This document shows positions 40,893-49,841 of a stretch of 64,000 bases of DNA, in pieces. The DNA is taken from NCBI GenBank assembly GCA_963733565.1, contig CAVTDU010000038.1:81466-145465 (forward strand), read 5' to 3'. This DNA comes from an uncultured Gammaproteobacteria bacterium. GTDB taxonomy: Bacteria; Pseudomonadota; Gammaproteobacteria; Steroidobacterales; Steroidobacteraceae. Numbering within the stretch: position 1 is the stretch's first letter; each line of letters begins with the position of its first letter. The notes beneath the pieces are model-generated. The model ran no database searches, was not told where the DNA came from, and saw only the letters and a program-made list of their open reading frames with translations. A program made the translations under genes and the position numbers.

Positions 40893-42582
40893 TCAGCCGA
40901 ACACGCCATGCAGAAACCAGCGGCCCTCCGCACGTCGCTCGCGAAACACCCACAGGCGCATGCCGCCGGCCGTGCGCGCCACGTAGTAGTCGCGCCGCAC
41001 GTCACGACCGTCCCACCATCCGGATTCGATGCGTTCCGGGCCTTCCTCGAATTCGAGCCTGCCCTCGTAGCGCGGATGCTCCCTTCCGTCGAGCGGCTGC
41101 GGCTCCGCGAGCAGCCACAGCGGCCTGGAGGGGACATTCTCCGGGAGGGGGACATTTTCCCGGAGGGGACATTCCCTCTTCCGGCCGACGCTTCCCGTAG
41201 CGGAGAGGGCAAAGGGGAATGTCCCTTCCCCTCCCCGGGAGAATGTCCCCTATTTCCCAGGCGGACTCGGGGCGATGCTCCGGCACCACCTGTATCCCGT
41301 ACACCGCGTCCGTGCCGAGTCGTGCCCGCAGGCGCTCGACCAGTTGCGGCACGCTGGTCGAGCGCCCCCGGGCGCGTGCAAAGAGATCGCTGGCCTCCGG
41401 GTTCGCCACCACCAACGGGCCGCTCCGCAGGCGGAGCGCGCGTACGGGCCCGGGCAACTCAGTGCGTGCAAGCCGCTCGCGCAGCAGCTCGGTAATCCGG
41501 CCGGCCTGCGCCGTGGGCTCCGCAAGGCGCAGACACACGCGTGTCGGTGGCACATCGCGGTGCAGCAGCGAGAAGTCGAGCACGTCCACCCCGCAACACC
41601 TGAGCTCGAGGAACGAGCACAGTTCATCCACCAGCGGCCCGGCAGCCCGGCCAAGGCGTTCCGTGTCGGAGATCTCGGGCTCGAGGTCGCGCCGCACCGA
41701 GTAGCGTTCCCGCGGCACGAAGGCGACACGCGGATCGGGCGCGCACCCGACGGCACGATCGAGCGCACGCAGCATCTGCGGCACGAACCGGCGGGCGAAT
41801 CCGTCACGCGGCAGCTTCAGGCAATCGCCGATGGTGCGCACGCCCATCGCAGCGAGTGGCTCCAGGCACTTTTCCGGCCAGCGCGCACAGGCGAGCGGCA
41901 GCCGCGCGAGGCGGCTTGCGAGTCCGTCCCTGCTGCGCAAGGCGACTTCCTCGCCCATGCGCGCGAACCAGAGCGAAGCCAGCGGCGTTGGCGTGAGCGC
42001 GAGCAGCGGCGCCAGACCCATGGATTGCAGCCGCTCACGCACCCGGGCGATGAAACGTCGTACGCCGCCGAACAGCCTGAGACTGCCGCGCACTTCGAGC
42101 AGCACCGCGTCGGGCGGCTCGAGCACGACGCGCGGCGTGAATCCGATTGCGATTGTTGCCACTGCCTCGAGCAGCGCGCGTTCGGCCTGCGCGTCGCGCG
42201 CCAGCACGTGCAGGCCAGGCAGCAATGCGAGGGCCGAGTTGAGCGCCATTCCGCGCGTGACGCCGGCCGCGACCGCAGCGGCATCACCTGCGCAGACCAC
42301 CTTGCCTCCGCCTTCCAGGTCCACGACCACGGTGGCGGTGCCGGGGTCGTGCCCGGCGACGTGCTGCGCAGCCGCCGTGCGCTGGCGCAGAGACTCGAGC
42401 ACGTAGTGCGGCAGATGAATCGCGAGCCAGAGTTCGTTGCTCGTCGCGGCCGCGCGGACCGGCTTGCCTGCGCCACGCCCTCCGCCAGGTGCTGGCCGCA
42501 GCCCCGGCTGGTTTCGCACCGTTGCGCGAGACGGCTGGACTGCGGGCGTGGCCCGACGTTTTCCGGGCAGCGACATGGTCAA
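40893..42582 (-). CDS. imuB: Y-family-polymerase-like ImuB, coding sequence interrupted by element E5
   Basis: Core NELWLAIHLPHYVLESL... to ...PEHRPESAWEI (41251-42582). Conserved C-terminal RPLWLLAEPQPL...ERIESGWWDG...WFLHGVFG (40893-41129) lies in a shifted frame after the 121-bp element. Confidence 0.88.
41130..41250. mobile_element. 121-bp palindromic element E5 (GGGGACATT words) inserted in imuB
   Basis: Perfect 13-bp terminal inverted repeat GGGGACATTCTCC (41130-41142) / GGAGAATGTCCCC (41238-41250). Three forward and two reverse GGGGACATT copies. No flanking direct repeat. Confidence 0.85.
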
Positions 42583-43223
42583 TGCGCGACGGCGTGCGCC
42601 GCGGGGTCGAGCCAGCCGAGCTGCACGGTCGCCGCCTGCCCGCCGCGGCTCTTCACGATGTGCACCACGAGGCCCTTGCGACTGGATTCGAGCGCGATGC
42701 GCAACACCGCGGGCGACGGCTCATTGCCATCGGCCAGCCTGCGGAAGAGCACCGCCATGCAGCGCGACTGCTCTGCCGCGAGTTGCAGGCGGCGCAGTCC
42801 CTGGCGATCGCGAAACTCCGCCCAGCCGAGCACGGCGCTGCAGGCGCCCGAGCGCAGCGCCTGTTCCATCGCCCACTCCGCAGGCTGTGCGCGCACGAGC
42901 AGCAGGCGCCGCACGTCGATGCCGCATGCGACGAGTGCGGGTGCGTAAGGCTGGTAGGGCGGCGCGACCCACGCGAGCCAGCCTTCCCCATGATCCTCGT
43001 GGCCCAGCGCGGCGAGCGCGGGCATGAGCAGGCTCAGTTCACCCACGCCGTGACGATCGGTGAGGATCTCGATCAGTCCCTGCGCAGGCCAGCCGCCGCC
43101 GGGCAGGCAACGATCGAGCGCCACGTATCCCGTGGGCCGACCCGCGGGCTGCGACGTCGCTCCGCCCTGCTCCCTCGCGCGCCAGAGACCGGGATGACGC
43201 AGCAGGTCGTCGATGGAAGACAT
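42579..43223 (-). CDS. imuA: SOS cell-division-inhibitor-like / RecA-fold protein ImuA
   Basis: 214-aa protein directly upstream of imuB with a 4-nt overlap. Typical ImuA pattern (...LPGGGWPAQGLIEIL...). Position in a lexA-imuA-imuB-dnaE2 cassette. Confidence 0.8.
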   Translation of the reverse strand: MSSIDDLLRHPGLWRAREQGGATSQPAGRPTGYVALDRCLPGGGWPAQGLIEILTDRHGVGELSLLMPALAALGHEDHGEGWLAWVAPPYQPYAPALVACGIDVRRLLLVRAQPAEWAMEQALRSGACSAVLGWAEFRDRQGLRRLQLAAEQSRCMAVLFRRLADGNEPSPAVLRIALESSRKGLVVHIVKSRGGQAATVQLGWLDPAAHAVAH

Positions 43224-43466
43224 GGGGAGGGGAAGCGGATAGTGAGTAGCGGATAGTGGATAGTGAGAACGGAAAGGGGGTAGTGATCAGGGGGTAGGGG
43301 GTAGTGGAAGAAGAAAGCGGTTCGTGATCAGCGGTTAGCGGTTAGTGAGGAGTAAGGATCGGCCGGCGCGCCGGCCTCTTCACTATCCCCTACCCCCTGC
43401 TCACTACCCCCTCTCCGACTTCTTACTAACCGCTATCCGCTAACCGCTAGTCACTCTCCGCTTTCC
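43224..43466. repeat. 243-bp composite heptad-repeat palindromic element E4 filling the lexA-imuA spacer
   Basis: Three left heptad blocks (AGCGGAT, AGGGGGT and AGCGGTT types), the perfect 16-nt palindrome GGCCGGCGCGCCGGCC (43361-43376), then complementary right blocks. Confidence 0.9.
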
Positions 43467-44084
43467 TCACGCCCTGCCCGCCTCCTGCCTGACCACCCCG
43501 ACCACCACGCCTTCGATGATCAGCGACTCGTGCTTGAGGTCGACGCGCAGCGGCTCGAAGTCCAGGTTCTCGGGCAGCAGCCACACGACCGTGCCCTCCT
43601 GGCGATAGCGCTTCACGGTCACCTCGTTCTCGAGCCGCGCCACGACGATCTGCCGGTTGCGCACCTCGGGTGTGCGGTGAACGGCGACGAGGTCGCCATC
43701 GAGGATGCCGGCGTTCTTCATGCTCATGCCGCGCACCTTGAGCAGGTAGTGCGGCCGCGGCTGGAAGAGCTGCGGGTCGATCTGGTAGTGCGCCTCGATG
43801 TTTTCCTCGGCAAGGATGGGCCGGCCGGCGGCGACCCGTCCGATGAGCGGCAGGCCGAGCTGTTCGCGCAGGGAGTCGCGGAGCAGGATGCCGCGCGAGG
43901 TGCCCGGCCGCAGGTCGAGGACGCCCTTGCGCTGCAGGGCTCGCAGGTGATCCTCGGCAGCGTTGGCCGACTTGAAGCCAAGCGCCTCGGCGATTTCGGC
44001 GCGGGTGGGCGGCATGCCCTGCTGGTCCACGGCGTCCTGGATGAAACGCAGGACCTGTCGCTGGCGCGGGGTGAGATCATCCAT
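43467..44084 (-). CDS. lexA: LexA repressor
   Basis: [17 protein letters not shown] wHTH, AAG cleavage site (VAAGRP), S24 peptidase GMSMK ... KR catalytic residues. Confidence 0.92.
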   Translation of the reverse strand: MDDLTPRQRQVLRFIQDAVDQQGMPPTRAEIAEALGFKSANAAEDHLRALQRKGVLDLRPGTSRGILLRDSLREQLGLPLIGRVAAGRPILAEENIEAHYQIDPQLFQPRPHYLLKVRGMSMKNAGILDGDLVAVHRTPEVRNRQIVVARLENEVTVKRYRQEGTVVWLLPENLDFEPLRVDLKHESLIIEGVVVGVVRQEAGRA

Positions 44085-44111
44085 GGCGGCTCCTGTATGC
44101 ATGAACAGTGA

Positions 44112-44127
44112 CTGTTTATATATACAG
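44112..44127. promoter_or_regulatory. SOS (LexA) box upstream of lexA
   Basis: CTGTTTATATATACAG is a perfect CTGT-N8-ACAG palindrome, 28 nt upstream of the lexA ATG. Confidence 0.8.
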
Positions 44128-44335
44128 CATCCGTCGGTATTGCAAGCACTGCGCACGCCCGTGCTGCATCGAGGCCACTGCAAAGTGCCGTGGCTATTAC
44201 GCTTTCACATAGTCACGGGATCGGGTAGCATCATCAGGCGTGACTGTTTTTGAACTTGGACCTTCGAGTCCGGGCGATTTCAGTCGGCCCGTTCAAGCAG
44301 ACTCACTCACACCAACCACCAAGGGAACAAATCAA

Positions 44336-44653
44336 ATGAAGAGCACCATCGCCAAGATCCTCGTCGCCACCGCCGCCGCCGCCGCCCTGGCTGGCTGCGT
44401 CAGCGAGAAGAAGTTCAACGAGCACGTCGCTTCGTCCGACGCCGCCATCAAGGCTGCCGCCCAGGAAGCCGCTGCTGCCAAGTCGGCTGCCGACGCCGCC
44501 GGCGCCGCTGCCTCGAGCGCCTCGAGCGCTGCCAGCTCGAGCGCCCCGAGCGCTGCGAACCAGGCTCTGCAGGCTGCCAAGGCTGCGCAGGCTTGCTGCG
44601 ACGCGAACAGCGAGAAGATCGATCGCGCGTTCCAGAAGTCGATGGGCAAGTAA
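44336..44653 (+). CDS. alanine-zipper major outer-membrane lipoprotein (Lpp/OprI-like)
   Basis: Lipobox LAGC, Ala-rich coiled-coil, C-terminal lysine (...FQKSMGK) as in peptidoglycan-linked lipoproteins. Confidence 0.75.
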   Translation: MKSTIAKILVATAAAAALAGCVSEKKFNEHVASSDAAIKAAAQEAAAAKSAADAAGAAASSASSAASSSAPSAANQALQAAKAAQACCDANSEKIDRAFQKSMGK

Positions 44654-44687
44654 CCGCCCAGCGGTTTACTCGCAAGTTCGAGAGGAG

Positions 44688-44718
44688 ACGCCGCGGCAAC
44701 CCCGCGGCGTTTTCTTTT
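44688..44718 (+). terminator. rho-independent terminator after the lipoprotein gene
   Basis: ACGCCGCGG-CAACC-CCGCGGCGT followed by TTTCTTTTG. Confidence 0.85.
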
Positions 44719-44728
44719 GTGGTGGCCG

Positions 44729-45707
44729 CTACCGCGGCCGCTGCTCGACCACCGACGCGCGACGCGCAATCGGCCGCGAAAGCGGCACAGGCACGCCGGT
44801 CGCCTGCTGGAACGCACGCTCGGCCCCGGCCCAGTCGACCTCGACGTTGTGCCCGGAGACCGCGGTATTGATCAGATCGGTCATCTCGGCGGGGTCGCTG
44901 TGGCCCGGGTTGTCGGTCCCTTCGAGCGGTGCATGGCGCTCGACGTACAGCGTGCCCCGCTGCCAGCCGACCTTCGTGGTCTGGTCGATGAGATTGACCT
45001 TGGTGTTGATCGAGACCAGGCCGAAGAGCTCCTCGACGTCCTCGGGGTACATGCGGATGCAGCCGTGGGTCACCTGCATGCCGACACCGGCGGGCTTGTT
45101 GGTGCCGTGAATGAGATACGCGCCACCGGGAATGCCGAGCCGCATCTTGTACTCGCCGAGCGGATTGTCCGGCCCCGGCGGCACGACCTTCGGCAGCGGA
45201 TCGCCGCGCTCCTCATGCTCCTTGCGCACGGACTCCGGCGGATACCAGTTCGGTCGCTTCTCCTTGGTGACGATCTTCGTCACGCCCATCGGCGTGTTCC
45301 AGTCCATCTTGGCCGTGCTGATCGGGTAGGTGCGCACCACCCTCGGCTCCCCATTCCTGGCCGGCGGGTAGTAGTACATCCGGTGCTCGGGCAGGTTGAC
45401 GACGATGCCTTCACGCGGCGCGTCCGGAATGATGTAGCGCGACGGAATCAGGATCTCGGTGCCCTCGCCCGGCAGCCAGGGATCGACGCCCGGGTTTGCG
45501 GCCAGGATCTCCTCGTAGCCCACCCCGTTGCGACGGGCGACGTCGAAAAGGGTGTCCTCCTGCGCGGCCAGCTCGCTCGTGTTCGAACCGATGACGTTGT
45601 CGCCGTTCAGCCGGCAGCACGTACTCCGCCCCCGACGCCGTCGCTGCGACCAGCAGCACCGTTGCTGCGACGACCGTCCGTCCTGCCATGATCAATGCAC
45701 GTACCAT
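44729..45707 (-). CDS. L,D-transpeptidase (YkuD family) with LysM-like N-terminal region, one apparent frameshift
   Basis: Signal peptide MVRALIMAGRTVVAATVLLVAATASG. Catalytic IHGTNKPAGVGMQVTHGCIRM motif. Frame switch near 45595-45615. Confidence 0.8.
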
Positions 45708-45822
45708 CTGCTGTAACTGCTGCAACCCTGCCCGGTTGGGGCGCATTCTAACGACACTCGAGGCTCTGCGTTGACCGCGTGGCGGTCCTGCCAGTAGCCT
45801 TCGCGGCGCATAGGGGGGTCAA

Positions 45823-46365
45823 ATGGCCTACAAGCTCACCATCGAACTGTCGGAACGCGACCTGAAGCACTTCCGCCGGGAACTGCGCCGGGCCCGCGAG
45901 TCGGTGGGCATTGCGGACGACGAGGAGATCCTGGGGGCGGCAGCCGAACTCGTGGCGTCGCTGCGCCGGACGGAGCTCCCGGATTTCGTCACGGCCCGGC
46001 TCGAGAAGCTCGAGTTGATGCTGGCGATGATGAGGGACGACGACTGGGAGCTCGACGAGCAGGAGCGCAATCCGGTGCTGTCCGCGCTCGCCTACCTCTG
46101 CGATCCCGAGGACATCATCCCGGACAACATCCCCGGCATCGGACTGCTGGACGATGCGGTGATGATCGAGCTCGCCTTCCGCGAACTGCGCCACGAGATC
46201 GACGCCTACGAGGATTTCTGTCGTTACCGCAAGTCGCTGCCGCGCAAGACCATGGCGCAGCGCGATGCCGCGACGCTCGCCGCGAAGCTCGGCCGGCGGC
46301 GGGCGCAGCTCGTGGCCAGGATGCGCCGCCGCAGGCGCGACGAGCGCAGGCGGGGCAAGTCGTAG
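45823..46365 (+). CDS. DUF1232 (YkvA-like) domain protein
   Basis: DPEDIIPDNIPGIGLLDDAVMI matches the DUF1232 signature; basic C-terminal tail. Confidence 0.6.
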   Translation: MAYKLTIELSERDLKHFRRELRRARESVGIADDEEILGAAAELVASLRRTELPDFVTARLEKLELMLAMMRDDDWELDEQERNPVLSALAYLCDPEDIIPDNIPGIGLLDDAVMIELAFRELRHEIDAYEDFCRYRKSLPRKTMAQRDAATLAAKLGRRRAQLVARMRRRRRDERRRGKS

Positions 46366-46372
46366 CAGGATC

Positions 46373-47404
46373 TCAGCTCGACGGCGGCGCAGAGTCCATC
46401 GACGCGCTCACGCGCGCCATCAGCTCGCCGATCTGGTCCGGCACGCCCTTGCGCGCCTCGGTGACGGCGACCCTGACGGCACTTGCGAACGCGACGCGGT
46501 TCGCTCCGCCGTGGCTCTTGATGACCACCCCTGCGAGACCGACCATGCTGGCGCCGTTGTAGGCGCTCGGGTCGAGCCGGCTCTTGAGCGCCTTGAGCGA
46601 CGGAGCCGCGGCGAGCCCGCCGATCTTGCGCAACGGACTGCGCGTGAATTCCTCGCGCATGACGCCGCCGATGAATCGCGCGACGCCCTCCATGGTCTTC
46701 AGGGCCACGTTCCCGGTGAAGCCGTCCGTCACGACGACATCCACGTCGCCGGAGAAAATGTCGTCACCCTCGACGAAGCCCGCGTAGTTGATCGGCGCCG
46801 CGGTCAGCCGCCGATGCGCCTCGCGAATCTCGTCCGTGCCCTTGATGTCTTCCTCGCCGATGTTCAGCAGCCCGACCCGCGGACGGTCGATGCCGTGCAG
46901 GTCGGTCGCGATGACCGAGCCCATGACGGCGAACTGGACGAGGTGATCGGCGCTGCAGTCCGGGTTGGCTCCGAGGTCGAGCATCACCGTGTGGCCGTGC
47001 GCCGTGGGCACCGCCGAAACGATGGCCGGGCGGTCGATGCCGGGGATCATGCCGAGCACGAAACGTGCCGTGGCGAGCAGCGCGCCGGTGTTGCCGGCGG
47101 AGACGCAGGCCGTCGCCTCGCCCTTCTTGACGAGGTTGACGGCGACGCGCATCGAGGAGTCCTTCTTGCGCCGGATCGCGTCCCGGGGCCGCTCGTCCAT
47201 GCCGACGACTTCGCTCGCCTCGACGATCGAACAGCGGGCCGGTAACGGATCACCGGCCAGCGGACGCAACACGTCGCCCCTGCCGACGAGCAGCAGTCGA
47301 AGGTCTGGTGTCGCAGCAAGGACGTCGAGCGCCGCGGGAACGGCGACGTCCGCGCCGTGGTCGCCACTCATGGCGTCCACGGCAATGATGAGCCCGGCGG
47401 TCAT
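46373..47404 (-). CDS. plsX: phosphate acyltransferase PlsX
   Basis: IAVDAMSGDHG..., GFVEGDDIF, VVTDGFTGNVALK motifs. Downstream of rpmF. Confidence 0.92.
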   Translation of the reverse strand: MTAGLIIAVDAMSGDHGADVAVPAALDVLAATPDLRLLLVGRGDVLRPLAGDPLPARCSIVEASEVVGMDERPRDAIRRKKDSSMRVAVNLVKKGEATACVSAGNTGALLATARFVLGMIPGIDRPAIVSAVPTAHGHTVMLDLGANPDCSADHLVQFAVMGSVIATDLHGIDRPRVGLLNIGEEDIKGTDEIREAHRRLTAAPINYAGFVEGDDIFSGDVDVVVTDGFTGNVALKTMEGVARFIGGVMREEFTRSPLRKIGGLAAAPSLKALKSRLDPSAYNGASMVGLAGVVIKSHGGANRVAFASAVRVAVTEARKGVPDQIGELMARVSASMDSAPPSS

Positions 47405-47426
47405 GCTCGGGCGCGGAAGGCCCGGA

Positions 47427-47621
47427 TTACTCCTGGCCTTCGTCGGCTGCCGGCTTCTCGATCACCTTCTTGCCGCGGTAGAAACCGTCGGGCGTGATGC
47501 GGTGGCGCAGGTGCGTCTCGCCGCTCGTGCGGTCGACCGACAGCGCGGGCTTGGGGAGACTGTCGTGCGAACGGCGCATGCCCCGCTTCGAGGGCGACTT
47601 GCGGCTCTTCTGGACTGCCAT
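47427..47621 (-). CDS. rpmF: 50S ribosomal protein L32
   Basis: [20 protein letters not shown]... Confidence 0.95.
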   Translation of the reverse strand: MAVQKSRKSPSKRGMRRSHDSLPKPALSVDRTSGETHLRHRITPDGFYRGKKVIEKPAADEGQE

Positions 47622-47642
47622 GATCTATTCTCCTGTCGCGGG

Positions 47643-48164
47643 TCAGCGCTCGCTCTTGTCGAGCAGTTCCCGCAGGTTCGCAAAGGGCTTCTGCTTGTCC
47701 TCCGCCGTCGAGTCCTTCTCGACGGCGGTCACGGGCGCCGCTGCATCGAGGCACCCGTCATCGTCTTCGTGCATCGGCACCAGCGGCATGCCGAGCAGCA
47801 TCTGTTCCTCGACCAGCTCTGTCACGGACAGGCGCTCGGCATCACCGAGCACCGGCTCGAAACCGCCGGGGACTTCCTCCGTGTCGTCCGCCACCACGAT
47901 CAACAGCGCGGTCTCGTCCAGCGGGCATTCGCACGGGCGAAGGCACCGCTGGCACGGCAGCACCAGGCTGCCCTCGACGCTCACCTCGACGGTCGTCCTC
48001 TTCTCGAACGTACCGAACGTGAGCCGTGCCTCGGCACGCGTTCCCTCGAGTGCGCCCGCCTCCGCGAGCCGCGGGAGCCGGCCCAAATCGAAGCTGCGTT
48101 CCAGCGTAGCCGACCGGCCGGCCAGCTCGACTGCGTTGACGAGATCGGACCGGGCTGCCGACAT
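47643..48164 (-). CDS. yceD: YceD-family (DUF177) protein
   Basis: 173-aa acidic protein with the CQRCL...C motif, immediately upstream of rpmF. Confidence 0.85.
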   Translation of the reverse strand: MSAARSDLVNAVELAGRSATLERSFDLGRLPRLAEAGALEGTRAEARLTFGTFEKRTTVEVSVEGSLVLPCQRCLRPCECPLDETALLIVVADDTEEVPGGFEPVLGDAERLSVTELVEEQMLLGMPLVPMHEDDDGCLDAAAPVTAVEKDSTAEDKQKPFANLRELLDKSER

Positions 48165-48258
48165 GGGGCGCGTATAATAGTGACGCTCCTCCCCGGTGTC
48201 AAAACGTAGCGAGCTTAAACCCTTGTTTTTCAAGGACCAGAGCGCGGCGTTCCCCGAC

Positions 48259-48853
48259 ATGAGCGCCGTGCCCCGCCCCAGCCTCGTCCTCGCCTCGACC
48301 TCGCGGTACCGTCGCGCGCTGCTCGAGCGGCTGTGCGTACCGTTCGAATGCGCCGCTCCGCAGGTCGATGAGACTGCGCTGCAGGACGAAACGCCGCAGG
48401 CGCTGGCCGCACGGCTCGCCCGGCTGAAAGCGGAAGCGGTCGCCGCAGCCCATCCGGGCGCGGTCGTCATCGGCTCGGACCAGGTCGCGGTGCGCGGCTC
48501 GGAGGCGCTCGGCAAGCCCGGCAGCGTCGAGCGGTGCGTCCAGCAGCTCGCTGCAGTCTTCGGGCCGCGAGGTCGAGTTCCTGACGGCCGTCTTCGTGCT
48601 CGACGCTGCTGCCGGCCGCAGCGAGGCATTCGTCGATCGCACCGTCGTGCGGTTTCGCAGCCTTGCCCGGGCCGAGATCGAGCGTTACGTGGCGGCCGAC
48701 TCCCCGCTCGATTGCGCGGGCGGGTTCAAGGCCGAGTCGCTCGGCATCGCACTTTTCGAACGTATCGAATCGGCCGACCCGACCGGGCTCACCGGCCTGC
48801 CGCTGATCTGGCTCTGCGGCGCGCTGCGCCGCGCGGGGATCCCGGTGCCTTGA
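48259..48853 (+). CDS. maf: Maf-like nucleoside triphosphate pyrophosphatase (YceF type), one apparent frameshift
   Basis: LVLASTSRYRRALLERL... then ...SPLDCAGGFKAESLGIALFE in ORF 48596-48853. Frame switch near 48555-48570. Confidence 0.8.
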
Positions 48854-49841
48854 CGAGGGCGTCGAGCACGACCCGCAGGTCGTCCCCGAGTGGCGCGCTC
48901 ACGTGCAGCGGTTCGTGTGTGCCGGGCCGGTTCACGCCGATCGACGCCGCGTGCAGGAACATGCGGTTCAGCCCGTACTGGCGCAGCACGGCGTTCTTTT
49001 CGCGATCACCATACTTGTCGTCGCCCGCCACGGGGTGCCCGGCATACGCCGCGTGAACCCGGATCTGGTGCGTCTTGCCGGTGTCGATCGCGACCTCCAT
49101 CAGCGAGGCCACGTTGCCGAAGAACTGCACGGGCCGGAACGTGCTCACCGCCATCTGGCCGTGGCCGCGCACGGCCACGTGGCGCTCGCCGCTGCGTCGC
49201 TCGCCGGTCGCCAGCGCCAGCTCGATGCGCTTGTGGCCGAGGTTCCACGTGCCGCAGACGAGCGCGAGATAGAGTTTCTCCGTCGTGCCGTCACGCAACT
49301 GCGCGTGCAGGTCGCGGAGTGCGGAACGGCGCTTGGCCACGAGCAGGCAGCCGCTGGTCTCGCGGTCCAGCCGGTGCACGAGATCGAGCTCGGCGCAATC
49401 CGGCCGCGCAGCCCTCAGGGCCTCGATCACGCCGTGCGACATGCCGCTGCCGCCGTGGACAGCGATGCCCGCCGGCTTGTTCAGGACCAGCAGGTCCTTG
49501 TCCTCGTAGACGATGGCGGCGGTGAGCAGGTCCTGGAGAGACTGGCTGGCCGGCCGTGCACCGGCGGCCGCGGCCGGATCCGGGCGACGAACCGGGGGCA
49601 GCCGAATCCGGTCGCCGGCCGCAACACGCTGGTCAGGCTTGGCGCGCTTGCTGTTCACCCGCACCTCGCCCTTGCGCAGCAGGCGGTAGATGTGGGTTCG
49701 CGGTACGCCCTTCAGCACCCGGACCAGGAAATTGTCCAGGCGCTGTCCGTCGTCGCCCTCGCCGGCGTCGACATACTGCACGCCCGGGCCGCGCGCGCCG
49801 GCGGGCTCTTCGGCCACACCCTTTGGGTTCTCGTAAGCCAT
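48789..49841 (-). CDS. rluC: 23S rRNA pseudouridine synthase RluC
   Basis: S4 domain (QRLDNFLVRVLKGVPRTHIYRLLRKGEVRVN), HRLDRETSG catalytic motif, KTHQIRVH. Divergent from rne as in E. coli. The 3' end overlaps maf by about 65 nt, so the stop is uncertain. Confidence 0.85.
   Translation of the reverse strand: MAYENPKGVAEEPAGARGPGVQYVDAGEGDDGQRLDNFLVRVLKGVPRTHIYRLLRKGEVRVNSKRAKPDQRVAAGDRIRLPPVRRPDPAAAAGARPASQSLQDLLTAAIVYEDKDLLVLNKPAGIAVHGGSGMSHGVIEALRAARPDCAELDLVHRLDRETSGCLLVAKRRSALRDLHAQLRDGTTEKLYLALVCGTWNLGHKRIELALATGERRSGERHVAVRGHGQMAVSTFRPVQFFGNVASLMEVAIDTGKTHQIRVHAAYAGHPVAGDDKYGDREKNAVLRQYGLNRMFLHAASIGVNRPGTHEPLHVSAPLGDDLRVVLDALVKAPGSPRGAARRRARSAAGR

Noticed and set aside
41129-41251. 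Alternative E5 boundaries: the inverted repeat can be extended by one A/T pair, to 123 bp.
   Set aside because: A 123-bp excision would not restore the imuB frame, whereas the 121-bp version does and yields the expected ...AWEI-SRPLWLL junction. I kept 41130-41250 and flag the 1-nt ambiguity.
43224-43466. Heptad arrays as a possible CRISPR array or simple microsatellite.
   Set aside because: The unit is 7 nt with no spacers, the words vary, and the arrays are arranged as inverted arms around a GC palindrome. No cas genes are present in the window.
48789-48853. 65-nt convergent overlap of the maf and rluC 3' ends.
   Set aside because: Given the indel rate in this window, one of the two stops is probably displaced by an undetected frameshift. 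I do not treat it as biology.
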